This document shows, piece after piece, positions 50,719 to 64,000 of a stretch of 64,000 bases of DNA. Each line of letters starts with the position of its first letter. The first letter of the stretch is position 1. Origin of the DNA: Trichoplax sp. H2 (taxonomy: Eukaryota); the NCBI GenBank assembly GCA_003344405.1, contig NOWV01000001.1:744001-808000 (forward strand), read 5' to 3'. The translations under genes were made by a program, and so were the position numbers. The notes under the pieces were generated by a model. The model saw only the letters and a list, made by a program, of their open reading frames with translations, made no database searches and was not told where the DNA came from.

Positions 50719-53700
50719 AGAATAGCAAACTATTCCACTAGAAGAAATATTTCATTTTATAATCGAATCATTGCCCAATGTACACTGTACAGCCATTTGT
50801 GCATGTCTTAAAGTGATTAAACCGAGATGAATGAGGATAAAGAACCACTCTATTATAAAAAATCTTCTATTTAATATTAATTTAAATGTAGACAGAAGTA
50901 GGGTTCGTCTATATGTTCATGAATACCTTTACAGAAAGATTCGTCAACTTGGGAATAAATACCTTCTATTCATCACCATTGAAGTAGATAGATCGCAAGC
51001 CAGCCTGCTAACGAAATTATCACTGATGTGACTTTGATCTAGTATGGCCGCTATGATAGCTATGACTACTAGAGGGAAAATTTACTTGGTAGTAGTATAC
51101 TATCCGCTCTTCCTAAACCATTTCTTTTGAGTAAAGTTTCTATAAATCTAGAAAATTTGAGTTTGAAAAAGCTTAAGCTTCTTGGGATCTTTCGTTTTAA
51201 TTCAATTTTGTTCATCCGAATTGAATAGGATGTGTTGTAATTTCTACTGCTATTGTATTTTCTGACCATAATTTTGATGAACATTTCAAAGTTAACTGCG
51301 ATTTCTTTTTATTTCAAAGTCGTAGATAATCGCAGTAATCACGAAATTTTATCATAATCAACGAAGTTGATACTTTTAAATTACTTGAAATGTATGGGTG
51401 CACTGTATATATTTATGTAACATATACCATTTTTTCTTCGCTTGCTTTTTCCACCTTCATTAATGTCATTTTGTTCATAATATTCTACTTTTCCTACTAC
51501 GCCCCATTTAGTTTTGTTGATTAATATTTTTCAATAACCTTTTCAATTTAAACTGATAGAAATTCGGTACTTACCAACATTAATAAACTTAATTAATTAA
51601 GTCAGCGAAAATAAAATTTAGATAAGTTTTCAACTGTGAAGATCAGTATTAATTAATCAATGGTAAACCATAAAGTCTACGCAAATAATTATAAAAAGAC
51701 AAAATTTTATGCTTCATTGACAAGAAAAAAATCATTCATTTTTCATAGCTAAATTTTCTGTAATATTGACTATCTATAATTTTGCTCTGGTACTACTTAT
51801 TGCTTGTGTTTGAAATGACATTTTATGCTATTCTATGTCACACAGTAGAAATAAACTAGACCTTAATTAGTTTCGATTCGGAATGGTCTTTCTTTCTTGA
51901 GTTTGACGAAGATATAATTAAAAACATGCCGTACTAAGCTACTTTTCATTTTCAACTCTTGGCATTTTTCTTAAATTTTAATATAGTTTGAAATAGTTGT
52001 AACAGCGTAGCAGATAGCTCATTGCCATTTTCAAGACATCATCATCTTATCGCCATTAATTATTAACAGCTGAACTAATAGAAAAATTCTCGAAAAAAAT
52101 ACTGTTATTTCTAGCTACAATATATTGCTAAAGACAAAATAATAGTTGTAGAACAAGAATAAAAATTGGATGTCACAAATTGCCTATTTTAAATTAACTA
52201 ACTAACTGTAAATTAGTTTACTACAATCAGCAGCTTCAAATTGTTTAGCAGCGTAGCTGCTTTCACAAGGTAGAAAAGTTACCGGTAGTACCAATCGTTT
52301 ACAAGACGTTATTGAGGTTTTATTTTTCGTAAGGCTACGAAATCAAAATTTCATTGTAGTTCTAACATATTTCTAATATTTCCATGCCGATAGAGATCAT
52401 TTATTGTAACGCAAATACTTCGTCATAGGTGAGAATCTATAACCAAATATGTCACTTCTTTTAACAACATCGTATACCTTTGTATTGGGTAGAGAGAGAC
52501 CTTAGATCCATGAAATATTTACGCGTATATAATAAAAAAATCTTTTTTTGCAAAGTAGCAACGATTTTATTTGGCGTTTGAATAAATTTTAAAATCACGA
52601 TTATAATTAATATCTTTATTATGTATGTACAGAAGCATGCATGACTGCAATTTTCGATTATTGCTTTATATATGTATGGAAAGGAAATTGAAAAAGGTTA
52701 TACGATTGAGATAACTTCATTTAGTTAAGATAGGGGTATCCTGAATTCAATCACTTACAATAAATTACTGTAGCTGCAGGGATATTTTTATTTATTGCTA
52801 GCAGTTTTATCGCAATTAGAATGAATTTCATATAATTTCATTGGGTTAATGGACGAGATTACGTTAAACATTGCAACAACAGTCTCTATCTATACCACAG
52901 CCAATAATGAAACGCTACTTAGTCGTATTTTGAAGTTTAAATACAAAAATCCCAATGGTAATCCATGAAAAGAAAGGTTTTTGTTTACGCTAATTATCTT
53001 TGCTAAATTGATGTAAGATCGATGGTTATTCAATACACAATTTTGCGCCTATCAAAACTTGTAACTTAAAGCTAATTTATTTCAATACTATACTAAAGAA
53101 TAGATTCTATTTTGAAAGTCAATCCTCTAGGTTATCATTTTTCAAAGATTTTATCACTTTATTCAATTGAAACACCAACAGAGAAATCTTAGATAAAGTG
53201 ATAGACAGTTCAAATTGGCTATCTATATATTGTTTTAATACAAAATAGAAGCCTCTATCGTCTGAAAGCCATTTCGAGCCTATATCACTAAACTACAGAA
53301 GTAAGAGTATACTTCATGTCAAAGGTTCAAAATGGCACAGTAAAGATCTGTACAATAGCCTGAGCAGGATAATACGCCTACTGTCTTACTGAAATAATTG
53401 AAGTCATTTTTGTGCTTTATCATGCCTTTAGGTGAATAAAAGCTGCTGCATCCCAATCATCCATAGATTCACCAAGAAGTACAAAATTTCCTAGGTATTA
53501 TGTTCTATACTTTGACGCACTTCCTAAATTATGCCTTCCTAATTACATGCATGAAGGAATAACCATGATCTAGGTACTGTAGCTTATGCCTATAGCATGC
53601 AGTGAAATTGAATTATTAATGTACGAGGCCAATAATAAAATAACTCTTCTGTAGGTCTATTGTAAATTTCCAAGTATGAATTCTTTAATATCAGTGACGT

Positions 53701-56700
53701 GAGTCCAGCAGTGTTATAAATTTATTGGAGATCAATCAATTAATTCATACTGATAGGCTTTCTCCGAACAATGGTACAAGATAATTAAATTGAAAAATTT
53801 TTCAACACTGATTTCAATGAATTATTAATTAACATAATCAACACTATCACTCCTAAATACGTGATAAAAAATAAAAAATTATTCTTACCAATTGATGGAA
53901 AAAATATTAAGAAATCATAGATATTTTGTCTATATCCAATTAGCTTTTTTAACGGATAATTATTGAAAGGTTAACGGTGAAAATTTCAAATGGTTTGGTC
54001 TATTATCTAGTTTGTGTGATAATATGGCTAGTACGGTTCTTGCTCGATTGCCAGTATATCGTTATAAAGTACCAATCTAACGTATAGTAATAGTAAAAGA
54101 CTATTACTCGGTCATTGCATGCCCACTCTCCCTTATTTTATTAATTAATTATTAATAAAATCCAAGATGACTTGGTTATTTTACTACTAGTAATAATTTC
54201 GTAGATTTTAATTTATAGAGTGTTACCTAAAAGAAGCTTGATTATTTCTTTTCAAGTTCGCAAGTTTTAAAGGGAGCTCGGCTGTTTGGTTGGAGTATTA
54301 AATAGGTGCTATGAATTTGGCATATTGTGCGGTATGGAGGGGAAATCTTATTTATTCTCATATCTTTAATTATATATATTTTATTAATAAAATTTAAGAT
54401 GGCTGGATCATCTGGTTAAAATTATACAATAAGAACAACAGAAGCAATATCAGGTTAAATACAGTATAAGTATAGTAGAACGGAAATGTTGTCTATGTTT
54501 CGCTTATTATTGCTGATAGAGTTCAAGATAACTTGACTATTAAATAATAAGATAATACTGCGACATTTACATCAAGCATAAGACGGCGCAGATAAATGAA
54601 ATCAATGTAGCAATTATTAATATCAAGTTAAAAGTCGTCGCATTTCGTATACCCGTATTTATTATATCGAGTACAATATGAGAGTGATGAATAGAACTAT
54701 TATCAGTTTAGATGAAATTTAACATATTATTCCATTCTGCAACGACCTAAAACAATGATTTTCTAAGGTAATAGTCATTAGTTGCTTTGAAACACCTCTT
54801 TCATTATCCATTGACTAGATTCCTTCATATGGGTAATTAAGTAACAAAAACTGTCATAGCTTTACCGTACAACATCTTCCAGAGAAAATTTTACATTTAA
54901 TATTCATATTTAATTTTCTTTCTTTCTTATTTGTGATCAAAATAAAAGTAGACAAGAATGCAGTTTTCAATAGCTAACTCACGAAATACTCCAAAATTTT
55001 AAATCCATTTACTCCTTCATTAAGAAACTTTCAAGAATTTACTCTCCTCCATTTTCCAGTTATTGGAGAAGTATTGTTGTTAAAGTATTGTAGCGGTACT
55101 GTAGCTTCTTTTACCCATACTAATACCAATCTGATCAATACAAAAGAAAGGGAAAGTCATAGCAATTCTGACCTGATTATAAGCCAATAGCAAGTAATAT
55201 AGAAAAAGATAAGCTAGAAAGGAAATTTGCCCTTTTGTATATATATATACTGTATACTACCGGAATTTTACCGTAGTTTAAGATAGATCTATCTAGTTTA
55301 CTGATAGTTTGAAATCAGTTCCTTCCGCGCCAAGATCATGATGAGACATCAATGGCCTTTAGCTGTACAGTCTGTGATGGTGTATAGCAACTACATAGTA
55401 ATTGTTCAGTTTTTACAGTTTGTTTAGTGTTGATTTGAGAATAATTTGTCTTGTTGCTAACCGTTCTTCCTTAATTATAACAATTATAACGTAGACCGCT
55501 AAAAATTTCTTAGAAAAAGTTCCCTTACGAGTACTTGATTATCATCAATACAATACAAATTTAGCTCGTGCTAGTAGAATAAAATCGAACTTGATTGAAC
55601 GTATTTTTATAACCATAAAAGAAACCAGGCACATTAAGTAAATGAAACCGACGTGATTTTCAATGGCAATATTGATCCAATTGTATTCATATCTCTTATG
55701 ACTACCTTTCATTAAGCTATTCTAGGTTTCGGTAATGTATTACCATCAACAGGATGTTGTATTTGTTTGAATGCAACTTTTAAATTCATAACCAAATCAA
55801 ACATGGTTTAGAAAATCAGAAGTGCAGATAGAGTTAATAAATAGTCAAAGAGTTTAAAAAGTATACTGTTAGCCCTGCTACTGTTGCATCTGTAAAACCC
55901 ATTTCGTCGTTTCTACGATCTTGATGTTTAACCAGTGTGCATACAGTAACGGTAATTATTCTGTAAATATGCTTACGCATCTTTCATGTAAATTGAATAG
56001 TAAATGAAATAAAAAATGCGATCGATATAAAGGTCTACGTCAATAGTATCGCCTCATGCAAGATAACACTAACACTATTTCACCTAAGGCAGTGCATTTA
56101 GGCAACTGGATTGCTATTGCAGCCCTAATAATACAAGCCCTGATATAGTTTTGCAAGATATAACGGAAAAGCTTATCTATATTCGGTTACTTTTTTATAC
56201 AAAATTATTTGTTTTAGTAAAGTGGCATCGGTAACTCGAAAACTATCGTATAGCATCTTCTTCGTTCTCGATATCAGCGTAGCCATTACGATTGATAAGT
56301 ACATGTATATTGGATAACTGCTTGCGATTCTAATATAAAGTACTGTGGGCACCTTTACTACTGTATACGTGTATCTCTCAACATAAATCTATTGGTTCTA
56401 ATGGCAGGCATTACTACATTCGCTATTGCTATCCATATAAGAAAATGATTGCAATTTATAACTATGACTACAATAAAAATGTCAATTTTTTAACTTGATG
56501 TAAAGGAGATTTTGAATTAAATGCATCTGTATTACTCGTAGCTTGTGTTTATGAAGATCTAAAGTAAATCAGAATGATTAGATATGTTTTTATAAATTAT
56601 GAAAATAGTCTAGTACCTTGACCTATTTGTGGATATAGTATTATATTTGTATCGCATATGAGAAGCTAAGGAAGAATATTAGAACTTGTCCTAGATTTAG

Positions 56701-58942
56701 GTGGAGGATGAATCCATCCATTGAAGGCGAAATACAGACTCGCGTACCAACGGTGATTCCGAAATATAATTATCATGATGTATAAAATTAGATTCTATAT
56801 GATACCCACTAGCAGATCCTTGCCTCATTGAGTATCAACGGTGAGTATTAAAAACAGCTGTCTATAAATCTCCAATTCAATAGCAACCCTTTACTTATTC
56901 TAGCATAGCCTTAAATAGAAACAATAAATTTTTTAGATGAGTCATGATGTTTTAAATATGGCACTATGAAAAATGATACAAATAAAACCATCGCCAATAA
57001 TTATAATATTTCATGATCTAACTAAGAAATTCGAAAATATTTGCGTAGACATAAAGCAAAATTTAGTATAATAAAATATTCTGTATTTCCCTTACAACTG
57101 ATATTGACGACTGATAAATACCCTAGATTTCGTAAGTTCAGCTCCTGTCATAACTATTGTAATTTACATTAGAACAGCTGCACTGAAAATGTCAATTTTT
57201 GACTTTTAGGCCAGAAATTTCAGTTATTAACTATCAATACAACCGAGAACCCTAGTCTGACATCAGCTAAGAATGACTTATTTACCTATACTGTCTTGCA
57301 GCATCTATGAATACTAATTCATATCACTAATACTAATACTAATTCATATCGATCAACTGGGCTTAGATCATTAAACAGGATGCAATATTTGGTATCGTAA
57401 GATTGAGCAAACTAGTTTGCTAAATTTATCATTTTTAATTTTAGCTATTACGTTAACAAGAAGATAGTACCTTTTTTGATAATGCTACAGTAATATAGCT
57501 GGTGTCCTCTTTTGCTATCCAATATGATATACAATATACCAGGTACCCTAAAGATGCCGTTAGTCACGCGGTGAGAAATGTACCATATTGGCTACTTGCT
57601 CTATGCTGAAGTAACATACTGTAGTTTACGATTCCTAAATTATTTTTAGTGCAATTTGTTACATAAGTTAGCAGTTAGAAACTTGCGCTATTTTAGACTT
57701 GCAGTAAGCGCACGAACATACTGTCCATATATGTCTATAATCTACATGTACTGTATAAATTACGATCAAAACCCGAATTTGACCAATTATAGGTTTGGTG
57801 TATGAATACATGCAGATGCTGAGAAATGAATTGATACTTTGCTATTTAAATTTAATTTAAGATCACTCTCATGAAACGAAATTTATATATTGCTTATTTT
57901 ATTCAAAATCGTAGAAATGATAACTTGTATGCAAAAACAACTGCTATTCAATTATAATATCATAATTAAATAAAATTTCTCTGAATACTTCCGTCTGTCA
58001 TAATAGCTATCATTAATCTCAGATGCCCTAATACCAAGCGATAGATTCGTTACCTTAGTTACTACCAAACAGCCCTATTCTTTTTTTATTAATTCTATTT
58101 CATGAGTAAAGGTAAGACACTTCAGTCACGACCGTAATAAATTGTATTAAGGTTCATAATGTCAATATCTATTGCTTTCCATGGTAGATAACAGTGATTT
58201 GCATTGCAATTAAGCTGTAATAAAATCTTTAATTAGTCTATAAATCGGTATAGATTCAGTGCTCTGCATATATAATAAAACAATTGAAGAATAAATAACC
58301 CAAGTAAGATAATAATTTTTTCACACCAGCATGTCTTTATTCTATACTAAAATTCTATTAAAAATAATAAATTGTAGGTTATGCTTTAATATTTATCAAC
58401 GTTTCCATTTATCTGTTATCTGAAGTTGGTTGAGAATGATACAATCTTAAAGTGAAATCGAAAATACAACTTAAATGTATTGGATAAATAGCAGATTAAG
58501 AAAAGATTTTATAAATGATAAACAATAAAAATATTAAGGGAAAAGCATCTAATTTTGTAATTAAAATATTTTCGACGTTGACTCAATAAATACTACTTAC
58601 AGTACATCCGAATTACTCCTTGTATACCCGTAACTACGCATATCGTATGAATCATTACATGACTGAATATAACATCATAGTAAGATTAACATCTTTTAAA
58701 TTTTCCATATCATCCAGTAGACATAAACAGAAGTAATTTAATCTACTAATGCAATGTAATATGACTCAATCGTGGAATGTAAAAACTACGATTTATCTGC
58801 TGGCAATATACAAATTACGTTTGCATTTTACCATATTGACAAAAATTTTAGAAATTTAAACAATATCCTGACCTTTTCAGTAGTACAGCAAACCTAAACT
58901 GCTTAATGATACTACTACAGCGTACTGGACACGTTATTGGGT

Positions 58943-59042
58943 TGTCATCTATCTCGAACTTCTTCTACATCAAATACTCATGAATAATTGATGTAGAAGA
59001 AGTTCGAGATAAATGACATCAATTACTCATGAGTAATTAATG
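58943..59042. repeat. 76-bp near-perfect palindrome followed by a second palindromic copy of its centre
   Basis: TGTCATCTATCTCGAACTTCTTCTACATCAA (58943-58973) pairs with TTGATGTAGAAGAAGTTCGAGATAAATGACA (58988-59018) with 1 mismatch in 31. CATCAATTACTCATGAGTAATTAATG follows at 59017-59042. Confidence 0.92.
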
Positions 59043-61888
59043 CGCATAAAATCATCAGCTATACCAAGTTGAGTTAATTTATACCAAAAATAACTCATAC
59101 AATTGAAAAAATTTTTATTGCCACTGAGTAAATGATAAATTGTTATTGCATAAGTGATCTTATGTTAAACAGTATCGCTAATTTACATTGAGATAGAATG
59201 GAATTAAAGAGAAATAAAATATGGATCTATCATTGTGCTACTACATTGCTTTCTTTCTTAAATTTGTTTCATTTCTTTATTTCAATTTTATTTTTTCTTC
59301 ATCATTTAATTAGTTACTAGAAGTATTTACTTGTAGTTAAGAATGTACAGACAGTGATCAGTCCAGTACATATGAAAGAGAAGATAAATTAAAGTTTTAT
59401 ACGATATCTTAATTATTTAACCGTCTCCCTACCTTGCTCTCCATGTGGTACAGTCATTTACAGCTTTTAGATGATAAACATTTACAGTAGATAAAATAGA
59501 ATATTCGTATGCTTCATGTTCTATATAGATTTTACATTAAAATTTTAGCATACTTACAGAAGGGTATAACTATTTTTATTCACATACTGTCTTCACTTTT
59601 AGCATCATATATATGATTTAATAAAATACCGTACGTCGCTAATTTTCAATCTTTCGCATTGCCCTCTGTGATAGAGGGTTCAATATCTCGGAGGATTGAG
59701 ATTTAGTTACCATTTACAATTAGTGCACCAAAAGTTGTATAAAATTTATACTTTATTTTAAGTAGTAAAGTAAATACAGTGAGATAGTTACGGTAGACCA
59801 GCGTGCAAGCTGTCATGGTAACGTGTGAAGACTAACCAGGAAACTAACGATTTCTAAAGTGGAAAACGGCGGTATTTACAGTTTAAAGATAGAGTACATG
59901 CAGAGAATAGAATTGTAGAATTAGATACAACATATACCATAACAGGTTACAACATAGCTGATGATTATAGCAAACAGCGAGTACTGTAATAACTAAATAC
60001 AGTAGCCTATATATGAATATGAAGTAAGCGGACAGTAGATATGTCTAAATATAAGAGCAATACAACATGTCTATATTTAAGAGCAGAATATAGTTACAGT
60101 ATATTCTAAATACACTACACCCTCTTATTCTAGCTTTAAATAAATCTTATAAGGATATTTTAAACTTATTAAGGCAATTAATATGATCGACTAAGACAAA
60201 AAATTCGAAACTACAATATGATATAGACTAAATTAAACTGACTATCTATACTTTGAGTTTATAGAGTTATTGTATCCTATTGAGATAAAGAGATACCGGT
60301 GATTACAGATAGCAATTATAGATCTTAGCATTTGTAAACATTGAAACGTAATTTCTTCTCGCCCAGAAGCTAAACATGATTCTTATCTTCAACACAATTA
60401 ATGTAATAATTGGATGAGGACCATTGCTGATAAACTAAATGTGCAATGAGTAATCTAGAATTATAACATACACATTGATTCATTTATCAAATGTTAAAAA
60501 TATTATTGAAATCGAATAAAATTTCACCGGTATTATAACAGAAAAAGAATATTAGCTGAGCCTCTATATCTATGACAATTAAAATTTGCGAATACATCAC
60601 TTGCTTAAATTTAATAAGACTTTTTGTCAATGATTAAAACACCTGAAGATTAACAACAGAGGACAAAATTAGCCAATTACTAAATATCAAGATAGAAATA
60701 GATAAAGTTTAAGATAATTAACATGCCATAATTCAGCTTTCTATTAAAATTTCTTGCAAACACATTAACTGTGCTATACCTAATAGTGCGTTACTTAAAA
60801 GGATGACTATGATTATTAACGTGATAATCCATATTCTAAGTATTGTAACTATAACTTTGTAAACATTAATTAAATGAACTATTGCTTAGAAGTCGACAAT
60901 AAATTGAAGATATGGCACCAAATTAATTCTAGTAGCGATTGCCGTAAGCGGAGAGAATGCTTGCCTTTACTGTAGAAGTAAATTAAAAGCGGTGATTAGA
61001 TAAGTTAGATAAAAGTCAATTATTCGAGGCAATTTGTCATCTAGCCATAAAATATTCCTTAGTCTGAGTATCTTGCTGGATTAAAATAAAATGTTGATGT
61101 GAAGCACCTGAAAGTCTTAGGTTCATATCTGAAAATGGGTAATACGAGTAAATAGGAGCTCACCAGTAAATTTAAGTATCTTTCAACTTTCTATCTAGTT
61201 AATCAAGGGTATGATCATTTATAGACCATAATCGATGAATTATGATATGAATTTGTGTGTCTTCCAGCCAAATATACGGAATATCAAACAAGGTCTATTT
61301 ATAATTTTATGCTGTACCCAATAAATTTTCAATTACATTGTAGAATATCATTACATGCAAAGCACTATGGCGTCATTTCTTAGAAAAATATGAAACCATG
61401 AACATATCACCGGATGATACTATCTTGAATAATCAAAAATTATAGAATTATTTCGTAATATACTTTATAATCAAAGAGGACTTGATATCATGTTTACCAA
61501 CTCCGATAAACATGATGATAAATTGTTGTTGCACTTAAGATGCCTTGTTTAGTAATTATATTTAGTAGACTAGACGGACTAGTCAATAATTATAGGCCTT
61601 GAATGGTATAATCTAGTTTAGTACAATATTTGCCAGAGTAAATCAAGACTGTTAAGACTTTCAAAGCAATCGAGATGTACTAAATGATAAAATGGCGAAA
61701 TATTTTTACTTTGATTGACGATATACAATTTTTTTATGCTAAAGTAACATTTTAATACATCCTTAACCACTCATAAATTTATTTTAATGCTATCAGGCAT
61801 GTCGAGATACTTATCAAATCAATTAATATAAAAGATGAGATTACTATATCAGGATAGATTATGCCGTTTTAGTCAAATCTAGTTTTAA

Positions 61889-62899
61889 TTATTCCTTACT
61901 ATTATGATTAATTTTCGATGACGATGTTAATTGAACATAATCGGAGGCGTGGAATGTAGAATGCTGACTTTCCGGGGCTATTGGAGCACTTCGATTACTG
62001 GAATGTTTACCCCAAATAATAATCAACATTATAAGGCATAAGATTAATTCTAAACCGCGCTGAATACTTTGGAAAGCCCACCATGGCCAGGCTTCAGCGT
62101 AGCGAACAGGAGATAATACACTATAAACGCCAACCATAGCATAAATATGAGAAATACATGTTAAAAGAGATAGTATGGAGCAAGCGTAGATGGAATAAAT
62201 TAAACGCTTTAGTGATTTATTAAAATCTTTGTCGTAGCCTTGAGCTTCAGTAACAAGATTGGTAGTAATTCTTTTCGCAGCAATAAAGTAACCAACCGAG
62301 AGGAACAGGTTGAAAACGATATAAGTTCCTTGGCAAACGATCAATAAAACTTTGGCTTCCGTAAAGAATTGTACTAATAATTCAAGCAAGATGACAAATG
62401 CAAAATTAATGATAATGACGATTGCAATATTTCGACTTTTATGAAAAAATGGCGGGGTCTTGTATTTTTTGGTAGTATCGAGCAACGCCAAGAGTAACAT
62501 GGTAAATGCTGCAGTGAATGCTGGCAAACTTAATGCCCAGAGCAAGTGAAAAACAATTGGTAAAATAGACGGTCTTGATGCATAAGGGTCAATTAACAGA
62601 GCACAAGATCGAGTTAGTGCACATATTGCCAAATTAGAATACAATGATAACGATAGTTGGCTATTTCTACCTCGATTTTGAAGGTTATCTTGGATTTTGA
62701 GATAAAGCAAATATAGACATGTCAATAAGATCATGATATACGCTATCGATGTTAAATAAATGTGTATCGGCCATGCGGCTCGCCATTCTGGAATAGCTTC
62801 TGAGAACTTTGGGACAATTTCTGGCCAAGGAGCTAAACTGTTGTTTACTTCAGTTTGAGTCGCCCTCTTGTTTCTGAGTAAATTCAAGTACAAATACAT
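61889..62899 (-). CDS. Seven-transmembrane protein resembling the TM domain of PRRT3/PRRT4, 336 aa
   Basis: Long ORF with seven hydrophobic segments. EWRAAWPIHIY, TR..ALLIDPY and AWPWWAFQ...R.LE resemble PRRT3/4 TM-domain motifs as I recall them; no rhodopsin-family DRY/NPxxY. The 5' end is uncertain (possible acceptor, exon starting at 62873). Confidence 0.72.
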   Translation of the reverse strand: MYLYLNLLRNKRATQTEVNNSLAPWPEIVPKFSEAIPEWRAAWPIHIYLTSIAYIMILLTCLYLLYLKIQDNLQNRGRNSQLSLSLYSNLAICALTRSCALLIDPYASRPSILPIVFHLLWALSLPAFTAAFTMLLLALLDTTKKYKTPPFFHKSRNIAIVIIINFAFVILLELLVQFFTEAKVLLIVCQGTYIVFNLFLSVGYFIAAKRITTNLVTEAQGYDKDFNKSLKRLIYSIYACSILSLLTCISHIYAMVGVYSVLSPVRYAEAWPWWAFQSIQRGLELILCLIMLIIIWGKHSSNRSAPIAPESQHSTFHASDYVQLTSSSKINHNSKE

Positions 62900-64000
62900 T
62901 TTTTACCCTTGATAGTATTTCTTATCGTGATTGCCACAAAATACCGAAATAGTTAAGATTGAATTTATCAATAATAAAATAAATGAAAAATATCAGTTAA
63001 TCTTGAAATTTATACTGGACACAAGTTAAGTTATACTAAAGAGTTTCAATTTTATATTTTAAGTAACAAAATTCCAATGGCAATGCCACAGCGTCTTTTG
63101 AGACTACGTCCAAATAATTCGATGATTAGTAGGGTTTATACCGAGGAAATCTTTCAATCTGTAAATGTTTCAAGCAAATTCTAGATGTAATAAGAATTGA
63201 ACTATTACTTAGAGTATCGAAATCAACGTTAGCCAGGTATTCAAAGACAAAACCACCCTACAGTTGTAGCTCATTAATAATGATGCAGGCTCGATCAGAA
63301 ATGGAAGTCTTATATCGCTTTCACGAGAATTATTAATAGCGTCTAGCTTTGATACAATAAGCGTATATAATTAATGATGGGTTGTCTTCGTAGAATAGAT
63401 GATATTGATTCAATAACTGAGGTGATGTAAGTTGGTATACAAAACGATAAGATCATCTAATAGTCTGAGATTTACACATCAAACAAGCTTATGAAATCAC
63501 TAGGCTGAATTTATCCTTTTTTAGAACATGATCTTTTTCTTCTTAATAATGTTTTGTTCTTTTTCAACTTGTACTCAATAGTCGCAGATGTTGGTCAGTA
63601 ACGTCTCCAATTTATCATTTCAGGTAGTCATATCATTAATTAATAATCAAACTTTTATTTATGTCATGTATATTAACTACAATGATGACATCACCGTTAT
63701 GTTTTGTCTTATTACCAAATAACAATAGCGATTGATTCATTAGTTAATAACTTGAACAATTCAATTGTCTTCTATTGTTAGATTGGAAGGCACCAAGTGT
63801 TGTAGAGAGGATAGCAATCACTCAGCCCAATCTATACGCAATGCTATAATCGCTGGCAAGTTATAATTAATCAGTACATTTTTCACGTAGTTTAATAGGC
63901 AACTACCGTGACCTCTCTTTCATTGAATCAAAACCAACGGTACTACCCACTTAATTGGCTGAAGGAGGCATTCATTTACATCGACATTTTTTATTGATAT

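Overview
AT-rich eukaryotic (animal) genomic DNA with short GT-AG introns. The compact introns and metazoan gene set suggest an early-branching animal such as a placozoan (inference only). I assembled six protein-coding genes by hand from splice sites and reading phase: a divergent Eyes absent (EYA) phosphatase (+, 6597-9551), Rab10 (-, 11516-15670), a MAK/CILK1 ciliary kinase (+, 23976-28012), an L3MBTL-family FCS/3xMBT/SAM protein (-, 29780-33174), an intronless NEK6/7-like kinase (+, 49834-50718) and a PRRT3/4-like 7TM protein (-, 61889-62899). Non-coding structure includes a GC-richer mosaic tandem array of eight ~300-bp units (516-2863), smaller tandem duplications, a candidate RFX/ZNF143 promoter upstream of the MAK-like gene, and a 76-bp near-perfect palindrome (58943-59018). 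Two long stretches have no recognisable gene (~33.2-49.8 kb, ~50.7-61.9 kb). I found no rRNA, tRNA, snRNA, CRISPR array or transposase. I cannot demonstrate a new biological system; the 300-bp array and the palindrome are the least explained elements.
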